In this document: positions 46,611 to 57,035 of the stretch, in pieces | Layout: each line of letters begins with the position of its first letter | How positions within the stretch are numbered: position 1 is the stretch's first letter | Assembly: GCA_964447415.1 (NCBI GenBank) | Contig: CAYUSN010000001.1 | Coordinates: 33,735 to 97,734 of the forward strand | Length of the DNA stretch: 64,000 nucleotides | From: an uncultured Candidatus Saccharibacteria bacterium | Lineage (GTDB): Bacteria; Patescibacteriota; Minisyncoccia; Phycocordibacterales; EsbW-18 | Reading direction: 5' to 3' | The notes under the pieces: model-generated | Told to the model about the DNA's origin: nothing | Databases searched by the model: none | The model's input: only the letters and a program-made list of their open reading frames with translations | Translations under genes and position numbers: made by a program

Positions 46611-48794
46611 TTATGGTCCGGGTGGGGTCGGTGTGGCTGGTGGTGTCGCCGGAGTTGCGGGTGCGGTGGGAGCTGCGGGTGTCCCTCCGGTCGTCTGTTG
46701 TGGCGGAGTTAATTCGGATTCCTGTTGTTTCATAACGTCCAGGATTTGTTTTGCGAGAGCCTCCTCGGGTTTTTCTTTGCTTTTTCTGAGCGTGTCGCCT
46801 GCCTGCCGCGTGGATGTAAAGGCTCCGGTGGAAAGCGTTTCTCCGTATGCGCGCTGCGAACCGGATGTCTGACCGGAAGCCTGCTTCACTATTTTGGAGA
46901 GATCTCCCATGGCGGTTATGTACGACCTGATACTACCACCCAATCCGTCACGGTATGCATTCAATCCCCGCTCCGCATTGTCCGCCTTATCCTCGAGTGT
47001 TTTTCGTTTAGCAGAGTCTAGTTCGAGTTTTGCGCTTTGACGAAGGGCTTTTATGTAATCCCCCCGTTCGTTTATTACCTTCATTGCGGCATCGGCCTCC
47101 TTTCTTTGTGCGTTTGTAAGCTGTGCACTGGCTTTCGCGAGCGCTTCTCGTTCATCCGAGCCTTTTCCTTGAAGCTCACGAAGTGCGCCTTGTGCCCTTT
47201 CAAGATCAGCTACTGCGTCATCGCGTTTCTTTCGAGCCGCTTCGCGCTCTTTTTCAGATCCGGACAGTGCGTCCACAGAGGTCCATTCATCTCGGGCTGT
47301 TGCCAGCGCTCTTTTCTTTTCCTCTATCTCCTTCTTCTGGTCCGCGATTGCCATTGCAGGCGCGTATTTCTTTCCCCGCTCCTCCAGTTTTTCTGTCCGT
47401 GCCTTGCGCGCACCCACTAAACCACCCTTATTACTAGCCTCTCCAAAATCACCGCCCACACTTTTGATACCCCGTGCATCAAATGTTGAGGTTTTTAGCC
47501 TGTCACCACCGAGAAGAAGACCTTTGGCAAGAGAGCCCGAGAAGCCACCGCTCTTTGCCTGTTCTCCAAGCCACGAGGATTGCGACATTCTTTCCCCGAC
47601 CCGCCCAAGCGTGTTTCGTCCTAGCGCCGCGGCACCACCAAACGCTGCCTTGCCGGTCCACTTTGCAACCGCATTACCGGACATGTTTGCCGTCTGCTTT
47701 GATGCGACAAGGGCGACAATTAAAAGTCCGATGACAATGACATACTGAACAACAACTGATACGAGATTTGCAAGTGCGGCTCCGGCCCCGCCTCCTGTAG
47801 CGAGTATTGCTCCTTGCACACCCTCCTTAAAGCCCGGGTCGTTAATCACCAACACAACGACTAATATAAGCACAAAGAACACCGGTGCAAATGTTGCCTG
47901 GTCGGCAAGTGTTTTCCACCATTTTTCCGAGTGTTTTTTCAGTTGTGGGAGCAATTCTCCGATAAAGGCAATGGGGGACGTTATCATCAAGATGATAAAC
48001 ATTACAAACCGCACCAAAAGCATGACCGCCATTACAAACAAAACGAATGCCGCAACGAGTATGGTGACGATTCCCAACAGTGTGCTAAAGAGAGCGTACA
48101 CCCCCGCACTGACCCCCGTGAAGGCGGATGCGCCGCCCTCAAGTGCAGCACCGAGTTTGCCCTCATCACCGATGATGCGCGTCAAACTCAACCCGTTCAT
48201 TATTGAGGTTGTCAGTCCGGTTGTGGGGATGACACCAAAAAGCTTCTGCCCGCCCCCCCGTTGTTTGATGTTTGCCGCGGCTTTATAGAACTCATAGGCG
48301 GTGAGGTTGGATACATCAATGACCACCTTTGTAAACATCAAACTGAAGTTGATGAGCAGTGCGGCGATGATGATTTTCGGAATAAGTGATTTGTTGTACG
48401 GACCGCTTCCCCACGAACCCAAGATGATGTTGATGGAGACAAGGAGGAGCACGAACACGAACAAAATATTGGCGACATCACGTATAGCACGCCACGCGAG
48501 ATTAATTGCTTGGATGCCGGTATACCCCGGCTGCCCACCCTCTATTATCAGGCGCATTTTTACGATGGTAATGTCGATGACAAGCTCAAGAACAAAGGCG
48601 GCAAGCGCAAGAAAAAGACCGAACGCCTGAAGGACCATGTTGAGAAGAAGTGTCACTCCGTCCACAAAGGCGTTCCCTGCCCAAGAAAATGGGTCCCACC
48701 ATTCGGCGGATACGGTTTGGGGAAGAAGTAAAAAGGCGGACACAAAAAGCACCGGCAGCAGAAACTTCAGATTTTTTTTGAACCACGTGTACAT
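46611..48794 (-). CDS. VirB6/TrbL-like multi-TM protein with long coiled-coil tail
   Basis: W...RDVAN, ALLINFS....K..ID.SN, R.......SPIAF, WW, AP.F; many TMs. Confidence 0.75.
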   Translation of the reverse strand: MYTWFKKNLKFLLPVLFVSAFLLLPQTVSAEWWDPFSWAGNAFVDGVTLLLNMVLQAFGLFLALAAFVLELVIDITIVKMRLIIEGGQPGYTGIQAINLAWRAIRDVANILFVFVLLLVSINIILGSWGSGPYNKSLIPKIIIAALLINFSLMFTKVVIDVSNLTAYEFYKAAANIKQRGGGQKLFGVIPTTGLTTSIMNGLSLTRIIGDEGKLGAALEGGASAFTGVSAGVYALFSTLLGIVTILVAAFVLFVMAVMLLVRFVMFIILMITSPIAFIGELLPQLKKHSEKWWKTLADQATFAPVFFVLILVVVLVINDPGFKEGVQGAILATGGGAGAALANLVSVVVQYVIVIGLLIVALVASKQTANMSGNAVAKWTGKAAFGGAAALGRNTLGRVGERMSQSSWLGEQAKSGGFSGSLAKGLLLGGDRLKTSTFDARGIKSVGGDFGEASNKGGLVGARKARTEKLEERGKKYAPAMAIADQKKEIEEKKRALATARDEWTSVDALSGSEKEREAARKKRDDAVADLERAQGALRELQGKGSDEREALAKASAQLTNAQRKEADAAMKVINERGDYIKALRQSAKLELDSAKRKTLEDKADNAERGLNAYRDGLGGSIRSYITAMGDLSKIVKQASGQTSGSQRAYGETLSTGAFTSTRQAGDTLRKSKEKPEEALAKQILDVMKQQESELTPPQQTTGGTPAAPTAPATPATPPATPTPPGP

Positions 48795-48803
48795 AAACTA
48801 ATG

Positions 48804-50537
48804 CTACGGCTCAAACTCGACGGAAATATTGTTCCACCTCCAACCGTCTGTGTTGCCCTCATTTCCTTCAGCGCTTCCATATGCGCCGAGTTGGAGGAAG
48901 TACCCTGTCTGGCCTTTAGAATTCGTGCTTGAAATAAATTCAGCAGTTGGGCTGAGATTGATGCGCACCACCTGGCTGCCGCCTTGGCGTACGATAACCT
49001 CGGCACGACCTGCCGCAGGCTCGTAGTCGACCTCAAATGTGTATGTCTGACCGGTCTGGAGCCCGAAGTTCTGTGACTTTTGGTTTGAGTTGTCTACCAC
49101 ACAGCTGTCTAGTTGTGTGACGGCGCGTACTTTATCGGGGCTGTCCTGCACAGCGGTTACCTCTATGATACGGTTTGCACCACCGGCCCAATCGATACTG
49201 CCGCGGTTTAACCACAAGACGTTGTACTGCGTTCCGGGCCCGTTCCACTCTCCTACTGTAAGGTCAAGGGAAATCACGATACGCCTGTAATCGCCCCAGC
49301 GTTTGCCTGCAGGAAGCGGTAGGTTTTCACCGAAGTAGTCGTTTACCGTAGCCGACGTGTAGGTGATGCTTGATCCGGGTGTGCCCGATGTCGGGTTTGT
49401 TGGTGTGCACTGACCGCCACCCCCGCCATCATCATCTCCCCAGATGCCGCCGGTATCAACGAGCGGGTCGTCGAAGTCTGTCTCATAGTCGTAGCCGGTG
49501 AGGCCCTCATCTTTCGTAAGAATGTCGGTAAGGAGGTAGACCGCGACCAAGCTGATGATTTCATTGATTTCATCTGCCGCGACGATTGAATCAAGTTTTA
49601 TCCCGAACGATTTTTCAAGACTTGTTTTAATAGTGTCTCCCGGTGTGATGACCTGTGCCGGGTCACAGTAACTGTAGTAATCTTCGTGCACGGTGCCGTC
49701 CTCCTCCACCCAATCCTCTGTGTAGCAGTTTTGCACTTCCTTGCTCAGGAAGCCGTTGGCAAAATCAAGCTTCCATTTTGATTCATCAGCTTTTTCGGCA
49801 ACAACTTTGTTGAGCTCCTCTACGGTTTCAAGATATGCGCCGTACGGAGTGTTGTACGGGTTTGCCGCCATTTCTATCCACGCCTCCCACCCACCCGCAT
49901 AGAAATCTCCGCCAAGGAATGCGTCGACATCGACGCCCGCCATTTGGGAGAGCGTACAGCTTGTCAGACCGCTTCCTCCGTAGCCGCCGTATCCTCCGCT
50001 ACGCCCGGACAGTCCTTGGTAGTATTGCGTGAGCGCAAGTTGGATTTGGGCGCGAAACGGTGAACAGAGAAATCCGCCGCCGATGTTTTGTATGTAGGTG
50101 CCCGCGGCCTGGTCGGCGATACCGGTAAGGTATTGGGTGATGTTTTGCACGAACGACGGGTTGCCGCCGTACCCCTTCTGTGACCAGCCCACTGCCTGTC
50201 CGGTGACGAGTTCAAGAAGCGCGTTTTTTGTCGCTGACACAAGACAGTCCTCAATCATGTCCTTTACGGCGCTTGCCCAGTCAGTGACCGGCACTTGCGT
50301 GAGCGCAAAACCGAGCACTGCGCTTATAACAAACTGGATAAGTGCGGCTTCGGCACATTGCTCAGCGTATTTTTCGAATAGTTCATCAAAGGACGGTCCG
50401 TCGTAATACGTCTGTTCTTCCTCTTGTGCGTATGCTTGCGGCACATATGCGGCGGAGAAAAATCCAGTACAGAAAACCGCAAGGAGCAGCGAAGCGGCTA
50501 TTTTTTGGAGTGTGCGTGATTGAAATAAAAAAATCAT
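48804..50537 (-). CDS. Large exported protein of the T4SS-like cluster
   Basis: Signal peptide; G.P.FV.N, CSPF, F..GGW..W, TPG, ADEI.E; variable beta-rich C-domain. Confidence 0.65.
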   Translation of the reverse strand: MIFLFQSRTLQKIAASLLLAVFCTGFFSAAYVPQAYAQEEEQTYYDGPSFDELFEKYAEQCAEAALIQFVISAVLGFALTQVPVTDWASAVKDMIEDCLVSATKNALLELVTGQAVGWSQKGYGGNPSFVQNITQYLTGIADQAAGTYIQNIGGGFLCSPFRAQIQLALTQYYQGLSGRSGGYGGYGGSGLTSCTLSQMAGVDVDAFLGGDFYAGGWEAWIEMAANPYNTPYGAYLETVEELNKVVAEKADESKWKLDFANGFLSKEVQNCYTEDWVEEDGTVHEDYYSYCDPAQVITPGDTIKTSLEKSFGIKLDSIVAADEINEIISLVAVYLLTDILTKDEGLTGYDYETDFDDPLVDTGGIWGDDDGGGGGQCTPTNPTSGTPGSSITYTSATVNDYFGENLPLPAGKRWGDYRRIVISLDLTVGEWNGPGTQYNVLWLNRGSIDWAGGANRIIEVTAVQDSPDKVRAVTQLDSCVVDNSNQKSQNFGLQTGQTYTFEVDYEPAAGRAEVIVRQGGSQVVRINLSPTAEFISSTNSKGQTGYFLQLGAYGSAEGNEGNTDGWRWNNISVEFEP

Positions 50538-51523
50538 GAGGATGGTGCGGCGGGGTTTATAAGCAGATACCCGGGTTCCGTTTTGGAGAACGTAATATCC
50601 GCGTTTTCAAACACAGTGCGCAACGCCCTGAACGCTTCCCCGCGCCGAGTCGTGCTTTCATTATAGGTTGTGAACACAGAAAGTGCGAGAAGCGGATCTT
50701 CGGTGAAACTGTGGAAATCATTTACCGTGCTTCGTACCAGCGAAAGCGCGTTGATGATGCCGAGATGTGCAGAAACGATATTTTTTGGGACGCTTATTTG
50801 AAGCAATCCGGCGAGTACATAGTCGTATTGTGCGATGACCTCTTTGAGATCCCGGAGGAATGTTGTTTCGTCTCCTGTCTGCATGAATGACACCAACACA
50901 ATAAGTTCATTCTTCACCTCGTCACCTTCAGGGACCGAGAGCAGTGCACCGACATCGTTTCCGTATTCCCGAAGCGCCTTCTCGTCTGATTGTGCTGAGG
51001 CGCGTACATCAGACAGCGAGTACACCCGCGGTGCCGTTTGCTCGGGCGGGTCGTATGCCGGGATGCTTTGTACGATTGCAAGTGCATCGTCTTTTGAGAG
51101 CGGTTGTCCTGATTGTTTGAGCGCCAGGTAGTTGGAAAGCAAAAGCCCCGAGACCTGTTCGGTGTACGAAAGGGATTCCCAGTTCGGGTCATCTGTCGGG
51201 TCAATAAGCTTTGCAAATTCCTGTTGTCGGGTCAGCGCCGTGTTTTGTGCCTCCTGTTTTTCAGTGGCGTCTGAAATACCGTCTCCGTCGGTGTCAGGAT
51301 TGTTCGGGTCAAAGCCCCACAACATCTCCTCCCAGTTTTTGAGGCCGTCTCCGTCGGTATCAAGTTCTTCCGTGTAGGTTTTTTCGGTGCCGGTTACCGT
51401 AATGTCGGGCTCGTCCGTCCCTGGTGCCTTTGAATCACTTCGTATAAGCCATGTGGCGGCGACAATTGCGATGACAACAATGGCGAGTGCGACAACTTTA
51501 CTGCTTGGTTTGGTTTGTTCCAT
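50534..51523 (-). CDS. Membrane-anchored protein with DxDGDG Ca-binding repeats
   Basis: TM; [24 protein letters not shown]. Confidence 0.75.
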   Translation of the reverse strand: MEQTKPSSKVVALAIVVIAIVAATWLIRSDSKAPGTDEPDITVTGTEKTYTEELDTDGDGLKNWEEMLWGFDPNNPDTDGDGISDATEKQEAQNTALTRQQEFAKLIDPTDDPNWESLSYTEQVSGLLLSNYLALKQSGQPLSKDDALAIVQSIPAYDPPEQTAPRVYSLSDVRASAQSDEKALREYGNDVGALLSVPEGDEVKNELIVLVSFMQTGDETTFLRDLKEVIAQYDYVLAGLLQISVPKNIVSAHLGIINALSLVRSTVNDFHSFTEDPLLALSVFTTYNESTTRRGEAFRALRTVFENADITFSKTEPGYLLINPAAPSS

Positions 51524-51586
51524 GTGCATACACCCCAACCCGCACGCGCGGGTTCTTTATGTTGTATTTTACGTTATACTGTCTGC

Positions 51587-52303
51587 ATGCGCACCTATTT
51601 TTTGGGATATCTGGGTATATCCAGCACTAATGCATTAGTGCTGGATATAGCTGTTCTGTTCCTTTTTTTCCCACTGTTTGCCTTTGCCGCGACTTTTTCG
51701 CGCGACCTTACGTTGGGCGACAGCGGACAGGATGTGCTTGAACTGCAGAAAATTTTTAATGCGGATGAACGAACGCGCGTTGCCGTGTCCGGGCCGGGTT
51801 CTCCCGGAAACGAGACGGTATATTTCGGCGTTTTGACGGCGGACGCCGTACGGCGATACCAGGAGCTCTACGCCCCAGAAATCCTTATTCCGCTTGGTCT
51901 TTCGGTCGGGACGGGGTATTTCGGGCAATCCACGCGTTTGCACATGGCAGGGGCGCCGAAGCCGTTTGATAACATAAAAAAAGAGCCGGAGAAGATTGGC
52001 AGACCGAAGATTGACAGTATTACTCCTCAGAAAGGCGGTGTGGGAACGAAGGTGACGATTTACGGAAGCGGTTTTTCTGCGACAGGCAATAACGTTGTTT
52101 CCGCCCTTGAAGTGTTTCGTGATATTCCGTCACCGGACGGACGAACCCTCGAAATCACGATTAAGGGGCCGTTTCCCGAAGAGTTTCTTGAAAAAAACAG
52201 GGAATTCTATCAGAAATACAAGCCGGAGATGGAGTATACTATTGGGGTAAAAAACGATTATGGTGAGAGCAACTTCGGTTCCTTTATTTTCACTTTTTAC
52301 TAA
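51587..52303 (+). CDS. Peptidoglycan-binding plus IPT/TIG domain protein
   Basis: [41 protein letters not shown]. Confidence 0.75.
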   Translation: MRTYFLGYLGISSTNALVLDIAVLFLFFPLFAFAATFSRDLTLGDSGQDVLELQKIFNADERTRVAVSGPGSPGNETVYFGVLTADAVRRYQELYAPEILIPLGLSVGTGYFGQSTRLHMAGAPKPFDNIKKEPEKIGRPKIDSITPQKGGVGTKVTIYGSGFSATGNNVVSALEVFRDIPSPDGRTLEITIKGPFPEEFLEKNREFYQKYKPEMEYTIGVKNDYGESNFGSFIFTFY

Positions 52304-52305
52304 CC

Positions 52306-52818
52306 ATGACCACGCGCACATTTCTTCCTCGTTTCGCCGGTTTTCTATTTTTGTGTGCGGTCGCGGTGCTTCTCGGGTTTTTACCGTCGAGTCCGCTCCC
52401 TGCTGAAAAGGCTGAGGCGCAATTAAACTATCTGGTGCCCTTCGGGGGGGAGCTTGTGTATACCGATTACACAACCTGCAGTTGTGGATTCATTATTTTT
52501 ACCATCAATGACGTTTCGACGAATCGAGAGCATCGGGTCATATGGTTTTATTTTCTGCAATTCCTCAGCGATATCGGTCTGGATTTCGGTATTTTTGAAG
52601 GTTTAATACCGCGTGTGTATTTATATTGTATCGGCCCCAAATGGGCAACCGGCTCATGCTTCTGGGGCAACCCGAATACCGTCGGAAATTATTTCCCGTA
52701 TGAGGGTGCAACCTGTTGGATGATTAACCCTGAGTTGACACCTCCGTGCGTTCCTGTGGAAGGGGCGGGGGACGGGTATCTCATCGGTATGGGAACCTCA
52801 GCGTTTGATGCGTTCTAA
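52306..52818 (+). CDS. Exported Cys-rich hypothetical protein
   Basis: Signal peptide, PFGG, CSC, ends GTS. Confidence 0.6.
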   Translation: MTTRTFLPRFAGFLFLCAVAVLLGFLPSSPLPAEKAEAQLNYLVPFGGELVYTDYTTCSCGFIIFTINDVSTNREHRVIWFYFLQFLSDIGLDFGIFEGLIPRVYLYCIGPKWATGSCFWGNPNTVGNYFPYEGATCWMINPELTPPCVPVEGAGDGYLIGMGTSAFDAF

Positions 52819-53589
52819 CTCAAGCCAGTCGGACAGGGACAATTCCTCCGCACGGGCGCTCTGTGAGTGTCCGCGCTTTGCAAGAAACACTTCGAGTGTT
52901 TCTTTTGTAAAATGAGATGAGAGATTTGAGGGGAGTACTTTTCGTTTGTGCGCAAATCCGGCTTTCACGATTTCAAAAAATCTTTTTTCAGAGACGCTTG
53001 TAAAATTATTTTTTGAAATGTTGTCGATGAGAAGCACGGCGGAATCCACTTTCGGCGCTGGAGAGAAATATTTTTTGGAAACACTCGTCACCAGCTTCGG
53101 CGTACCGTACGCTTTCACGGAAATCGAGAGAATACTTTCTTTTCCGTCGCGCGCAACAATACGTTGTGCGACTTCTTTTTGCACTAACAGCACTGCACAC
53201 GACGGCGGATGTATATGTGAGAGAAACTTCTCCAAAATTTCTCCGGTGATGTAGTACGGAATGTTGGCGACGAGTTTGTATCCGCCGTGCAGTACGTCGT
53301 GTTCCGCCGGAGTGAACCGCAATACATCATCTTCAATGAGTGTAAGGTGGTGTGACGAGATTTCTTTTTTAAATTTTTCCTGCAACAGCGGCAGCAGTTC
53401 GCGGTCTTTCTCAACAGCAACAACCCGTGCACCCGCGGACAACAACGCTTCGGTGAGAACTCCCTTCCCCGGTCCGATTTCAAGTACGACATCACCGCCG
53501 TTGATACGCGCCGAATCAATCATCCGCGCGACGACTATTTTTGACTTCAGAAAATTCTGCCCCAGAGATTTTTTCGGTCGGTGTCTCAT
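52798..53589 (-). CDS. rsmA: 16S rRNA dimethyltransferase RsmA/KsgA
   Basis: KSLGQNFL, LEIGPGKG, VANIPYYIT, F.PAPKVDS. Confidence 0.95.
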   Translation of the reverse strand: MRHRPKKSLGQNFLKSKIVVARMIDSARINGGDVVLEIGPGKGVLTEALLSAGARVVAVEKDRELLPLLQEKFKKEISSHHLTLIEDDVLRFTPAEHDVLHGGYKLVANIPYYITGEILEKFLSHIHPPSCAVLLVQKEVAQRIVARDGKESILSISVKAYGTPKLVTSVSKKYFSPAPKVDSAVLLIDNISKNNFTSVSEKRFFEIVKAGFAHKRKVLPSNLSSHFTKETLEVFLAKRGHSQSARAEELSLSDWLELERIKR

Positions 53590-53590
53590 A

Positions 53591-55519
53591 TCAGAATTCT
53601 ATATCAAGCAATCCGCGGCCGCCTCCGGATGAGATCCATGTATCCGAGGGCGTCACGTCGTGTGTGAGTTCGGCGTCGATTTCCGTGAGAAACTGCGACG
53701 GCGCGTTTACCGACGGGGTGCCGAAAATGGTGCGGATAAGGGTATGGGTGAGATGCGCTTGTTTTTTCGCGCGGGTGAGCGCGACGTAAAATAACCGGCG
53801 TTCCTCCTCGCGTTCCTCCGGTGTTTCGCGCATTTCGCTCCGCTCGTCGGGAAACAGTCCTTCTTCAAGTCCGGTGATGAATACGTGTGCAAATTCAAGC
53901 CCTTTTGCCGCGTGGATGGTCATAAGCTTCACCGACTCCTCGTTGTTTTTGAGCGCATCCTGGTCGGATGCCAACAGCGCGTTTTCCAGAAATGAATGCA
54001 GTGCTTCATCCGATGGCAATGCGTCGTAGCGCAGTGCAATGGTTGCCAATTCGCGGACGTTATCGAGCCGCTCGTGGTCATCGTCGGTGCCCTGCGACAA
54101 ATCGTGTTCAATACCGGATTCTTTAACGACAAATTTTATGACGTCTGAGGGTTTGTGTGTGTGCGAAAAGTCGGCGATGCGTGACAGCAGGTTTCGGAAT
54201 GCGGTCACCTTCTCGCGCATTTTTGCAGGGAGCGTGTGTTCCTGTCCTGAGAGCACGCGCAGGAGCGTGGTTTTGCCGATACCGCGTGCAGGTACATTGA
54301 TGATGCGCGACACCGCGGTGGTGTTGTCCGGGTTGAGTGCCGCGACGATGTAGGAGAGTACGTCTTTCACTTCTTTGCGTTCAAAAAAACGCGTGCCGAG
54401 CATCTGGTAGGACACACGCGCATTGAGAAATGCCTCTTCAAGCGCGCGTGATTGAAAGTTTGCACGGAACAAAACCGCAATTTCCTGTGCGGGCACGCCT
54501 TCCTCGATAAGTTCCTGCGCGCGCGCCGCAACCCACTGCGCCTCGTCCGTTTCAGACGCTGCGGTGTAAATTTCTATCGGCTCCCCTGCATCTCCGGAGG
54601 TGAACAGATTTTTTTCTTTGCGTACTTCATTCTGCGCGATGGCGCGGTTTGCCGCGGTGAGAATGGTTTGTGTCGAGCGGTAATTTTCTTCAAGCGTGAC
54701 AACTTCGACATTGTGAAAATCTTCCTCGAATTTTGCCAAGTTGCGTATGTCGGCGCTGCGCCATGTGTAGATGCACTGGTCGTGATCACCTACGACACAG
54801 ATGTTTGAGTGTCCCGCGGCAAGCAGACGCGTGAGTTCATACTGCACGGTGTTGGTGTCCTGGTATTCGTCCACATGAATGTGCGACCAGCGATGTTGAT
54901 ATGCGCGCAGGATATCGGGATTTTTTTGAAGCAGTGTGAGTGTTGCAAGTAGCAAATCGTCGAAGTCGAATGCTTTTTCCTGCGCGAGCGCTTCCTGGTA
55001 GCGTTCCCACACAGGAACGGCCATACGTTCAAACGGTGTGTGTGCTTTTTCGCGGAATTCCGAAAGCAAACGCATTTCGTTTTTATTTTTTGAAATAACG
55101 GAGAGGAACGCTGACGGTGAGTGTTGTTTCGGATCCAATCCGACGTCTTTAAGGATGCGTTTGATAGTTGAGAGTGAGTCGTCGCGGTCAAAGATGGAGA
55201 AAAATTTCGGAATACCAAGCAGGCGGTGATTCTCACGGAGGATTTTGACACCAAGGGAGTGGAACGTGCCGATAAACGGCGACGGAGTCCCCGGCGGGAG
55301 CAGTTTGGCGACCCGATCGCGCATTTCCCCGGCTGCTTTGTTGGTAAACGTGATGGCGAGAATTTTTTCAGGTAGGACGCCGGAGTTGATGAGGTTGAGG
55401 ATGCGGTGCGTGATGACGCGCGTTTTGCCGGTTCCGGCGCCGGCGATGATAAGGAGCGGTCCGTCGCGGTGCTCCACCGCCTTTTTTTGTGCGGGATTGA
55501 GCCCGTCTGTGTGTGACAT
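53591..55519 (-). CDS. pcrA: PcrA/UvrD helicase
   Basis: AGAGTGKT, TFTNKAA, DEYQDTN, LEENYRS, TIHAAKGLEF, YVALTRA. Confidence 0.93.
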   Translation of the reverse strand: MSHTDGLNPAQKKAVEHRDGPLLIIAGAGTGKTRVITHRILNLINSGVLPEKILAITFTNKAAGEMRDRVAKLLPPGTPSPFIGTFHSLGVKILRENHRLLGIPKFFSIFDRDDSLSTIKRILKDVGLDPKQHSPSAFLSVISKNKNEMRLLSEFREKAHTPFERMAVPVWERYQEALAQEKAFDFDDLLLATLTLLQKNPDILRAYQHRWSHIHVDEYQDTNTVQYELTRLLAAGHSNICVVGDHDQCIYTWRSADIRNLAKFEEDFHNVEVVTLEENYRSTQTILTAANRAIAQNEVRKEKNLFTSGDAGEPIEIYTAASETDEAQWVAARAQELIEEGVPAQEIAVLFRANFQSRALEEAFLNARVSYQMLGTRFFERKEVKDVLSYIVAALNPDNTTAVSRIINVPARGIGKTTLLRVLSGQEHTLPAKMREKVTAFRNLLSRIADFSHTHKPSDVIKFVVKESGIEHDLSQGTDDDHERLDNVRELATIALRYDALPSDEALHSFLENALLASDQDALKNNEESVKLMTIHAAKGLEFAHVFITGLEEGLFPDERSEMRETPEEREEERRLFYVALTRAKKQAHLTHTLIRTIFGTPSVNAPSQFLTEIDAELTHDVTPSDTWISSGGGRGLLDIEF

Positions 55520-55681
55520 AGTGAAAACACATCATAGCACGGGCGGTTTTTTGCATTTTTGAAGGCAAGGATGAAACAAAACAACCTTTTTATTTTTTGT
55601 CAATCTACAAAACATTACGTTCATCTGTCTTTCACAATGAAAACATCTTCGTTGTCAATAGTTTGGCGGTGTCAGAAAACA

Positions 55682-55710
55682 CAAAAAACGGCTCTACAGA
55701 GCCGTTTTTG
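55682..55710. terminator. Hairpin in a divergent intergenic region
   Basis: aaaaacggctct-ac-agagccgttttt. Confidence 0.5.
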
Positions 55711-55746
55711 ACATATCCCCTACGCTCGGAGTAGTCCACTTCTTTA

Positions 55747-55850
55747 TTGCCCCTTTATCACCTGGGACGTAGAATTAAAGACGTTCCGAAACGAGAGAGT
55801 AAGCGCCCCTCCCCAAAAGAGAGGGGTCCACGCTTGAGACGGCGGCATTA
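55747..55850 (+). promoter_or_regulatory. Sigma70-like promoter and structured 5' leader of the LysM/M23 gene
   Basis: TTGCCC-17-TAGAAT (55747-55775); stems aagcg/cgctt and cccctc/gagggg. Confidence 0.5.
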
Positions 55851-55921
55851 CAACCTAAAAAAGGCATATAATACCTTCATATCGGGAAATCGGTTCCTCC
55901 ACTGCCCTTTTTGCGGGCCGG

Positions 55922-56929
55922 ATGAAAGATAAGATTCTCGCGAAACGCTTCTGGAAGCACGTTCTTTTTCGTTTCGCGGTCTCGGTGTTGCCCTTCGTCT
56001 CGTACGGCGGGCTTCTTGGTATGTACGGCGCGCTGCCCTCAGTCGGCGCCCAGGAGGAGTTCCCAAACGTACACCTAACCTCAATTTCTATGCCGCTGTT
56101 GCAGAGCACCGGAAACCCGAACCCGAAGCTTGCCGTTGCCTCACCTTCCAACATCGTTGCCGGTGTTGCGCTGGCGTCAGATAGCAATCCAATGGCCGAT
56201 GAAGCGCGAAAAGCGTCCTCGGACCAGATTTCCGTGTACGTTGTCCGTGAGGGTGACACGCTTTCTCAGATTGCCGACATGTTTGAAGTTTCAATCAACA
56301 CTATCCGCTGGGCCAATGACATGACCGGAAAATCAACAATCCGCCCCGGTCAGACGCTCGTGATTTTGCCCGTGACCGGCATCCGGCACGTGGTGAAGAA
56401 AGGCGACACCATCAAGAGTATTGCCAAAAAGTATAAGGGTGATGTGGGTGAGATTCTCTCCTACAACGGTTTCGAAGAGGACGTGCAGCTGACAATCGGA
56501 CAGGAGGTCATTGTGCCTGACGGAGAAATTGCCGCGCCGACAAGTAGTGGAGGCGGTGCACCGCGCTCATACGCCGGTCCGTCGTACGCCGGATACTACC
56601 TGCGCCCGGTTAACGGTACTCGTTCGCAGGGGTTGCATGGACACAACGGTGTTGATATTGCGGCACCTGCCGGATCGCCGATTTACGCAGCGGCGGCGGG
56701 AGAGGTTATCATCGCAAGCACGGGAGGATGGAACGGAGGGTACGGAAATTATGTCGTCGTGAAGCATAGCAACGGCACGCAGACGCTCTATGCGCACAAT
56801 TCAAGTAACGCGGTATCGGCAGGTCAGACGGTAGCGCAGGGAGATGTTATCGGGTACGTGGGGTCCACGGGACGCTCAACGGGATCACACGTGCACTTTG
56901 AAGTCCGTGGTGCGGCGAATCCGTTCTAG
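55922..56929 (+). CDS. LysM x2 plus M23 peptidase (start uncertain)
   Basis: YVVREGDTLS.IA, HVVKKGDT, HNGVD, YAH, HVHFE. Confidence 0.92.
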   Translation: MKDKILAKRFWKHVLFRFAVSVLPFVSYGGLLGMYGALPSVGAQEEFPNVHLTSISMPLLQSTGNPNPKLAVASPSNIVAGVALASDSNPMADEARKASSDQISVYVVREGDTLSQIADMFEVSINTIRWANDMTGKSTIRPGQTLVILPVTGIRHVVKKGDTIKSIAKKYKGDVGEILSYNGFEEDVQLTIGQEVIVPDGEIAAPTSSGGGAPRSYAGPSYAGYYLRPVNGTRSQGLHGHNGVDIAAPAGSPIYAAAAGEVIIASTGGWNGGYGNYVVVKHSNGTQTLYAHNSSNAVSAGQTVAQGDVIGYVGSTGRSTGSHVHFEVRGAANPF

Positions 56930-56991
56930 GAAAGGGCCGGTAGCATGTGGGGACACACGCTACGGGTTTTGATCTAGAAATGTCCAAACCT

Positions 56992-57019
56992 CAAAAAACA
57001 CCCTCACGGGTGTTTTTTG
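56992..57019. terminator. Bidirectional terminator
   Basis: caaaaaacaccc-tcac-gggtgttttttg. Confidence 0.8.
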
Positions 57020-57035
57020 CCTGAGGGGTGTTTTG

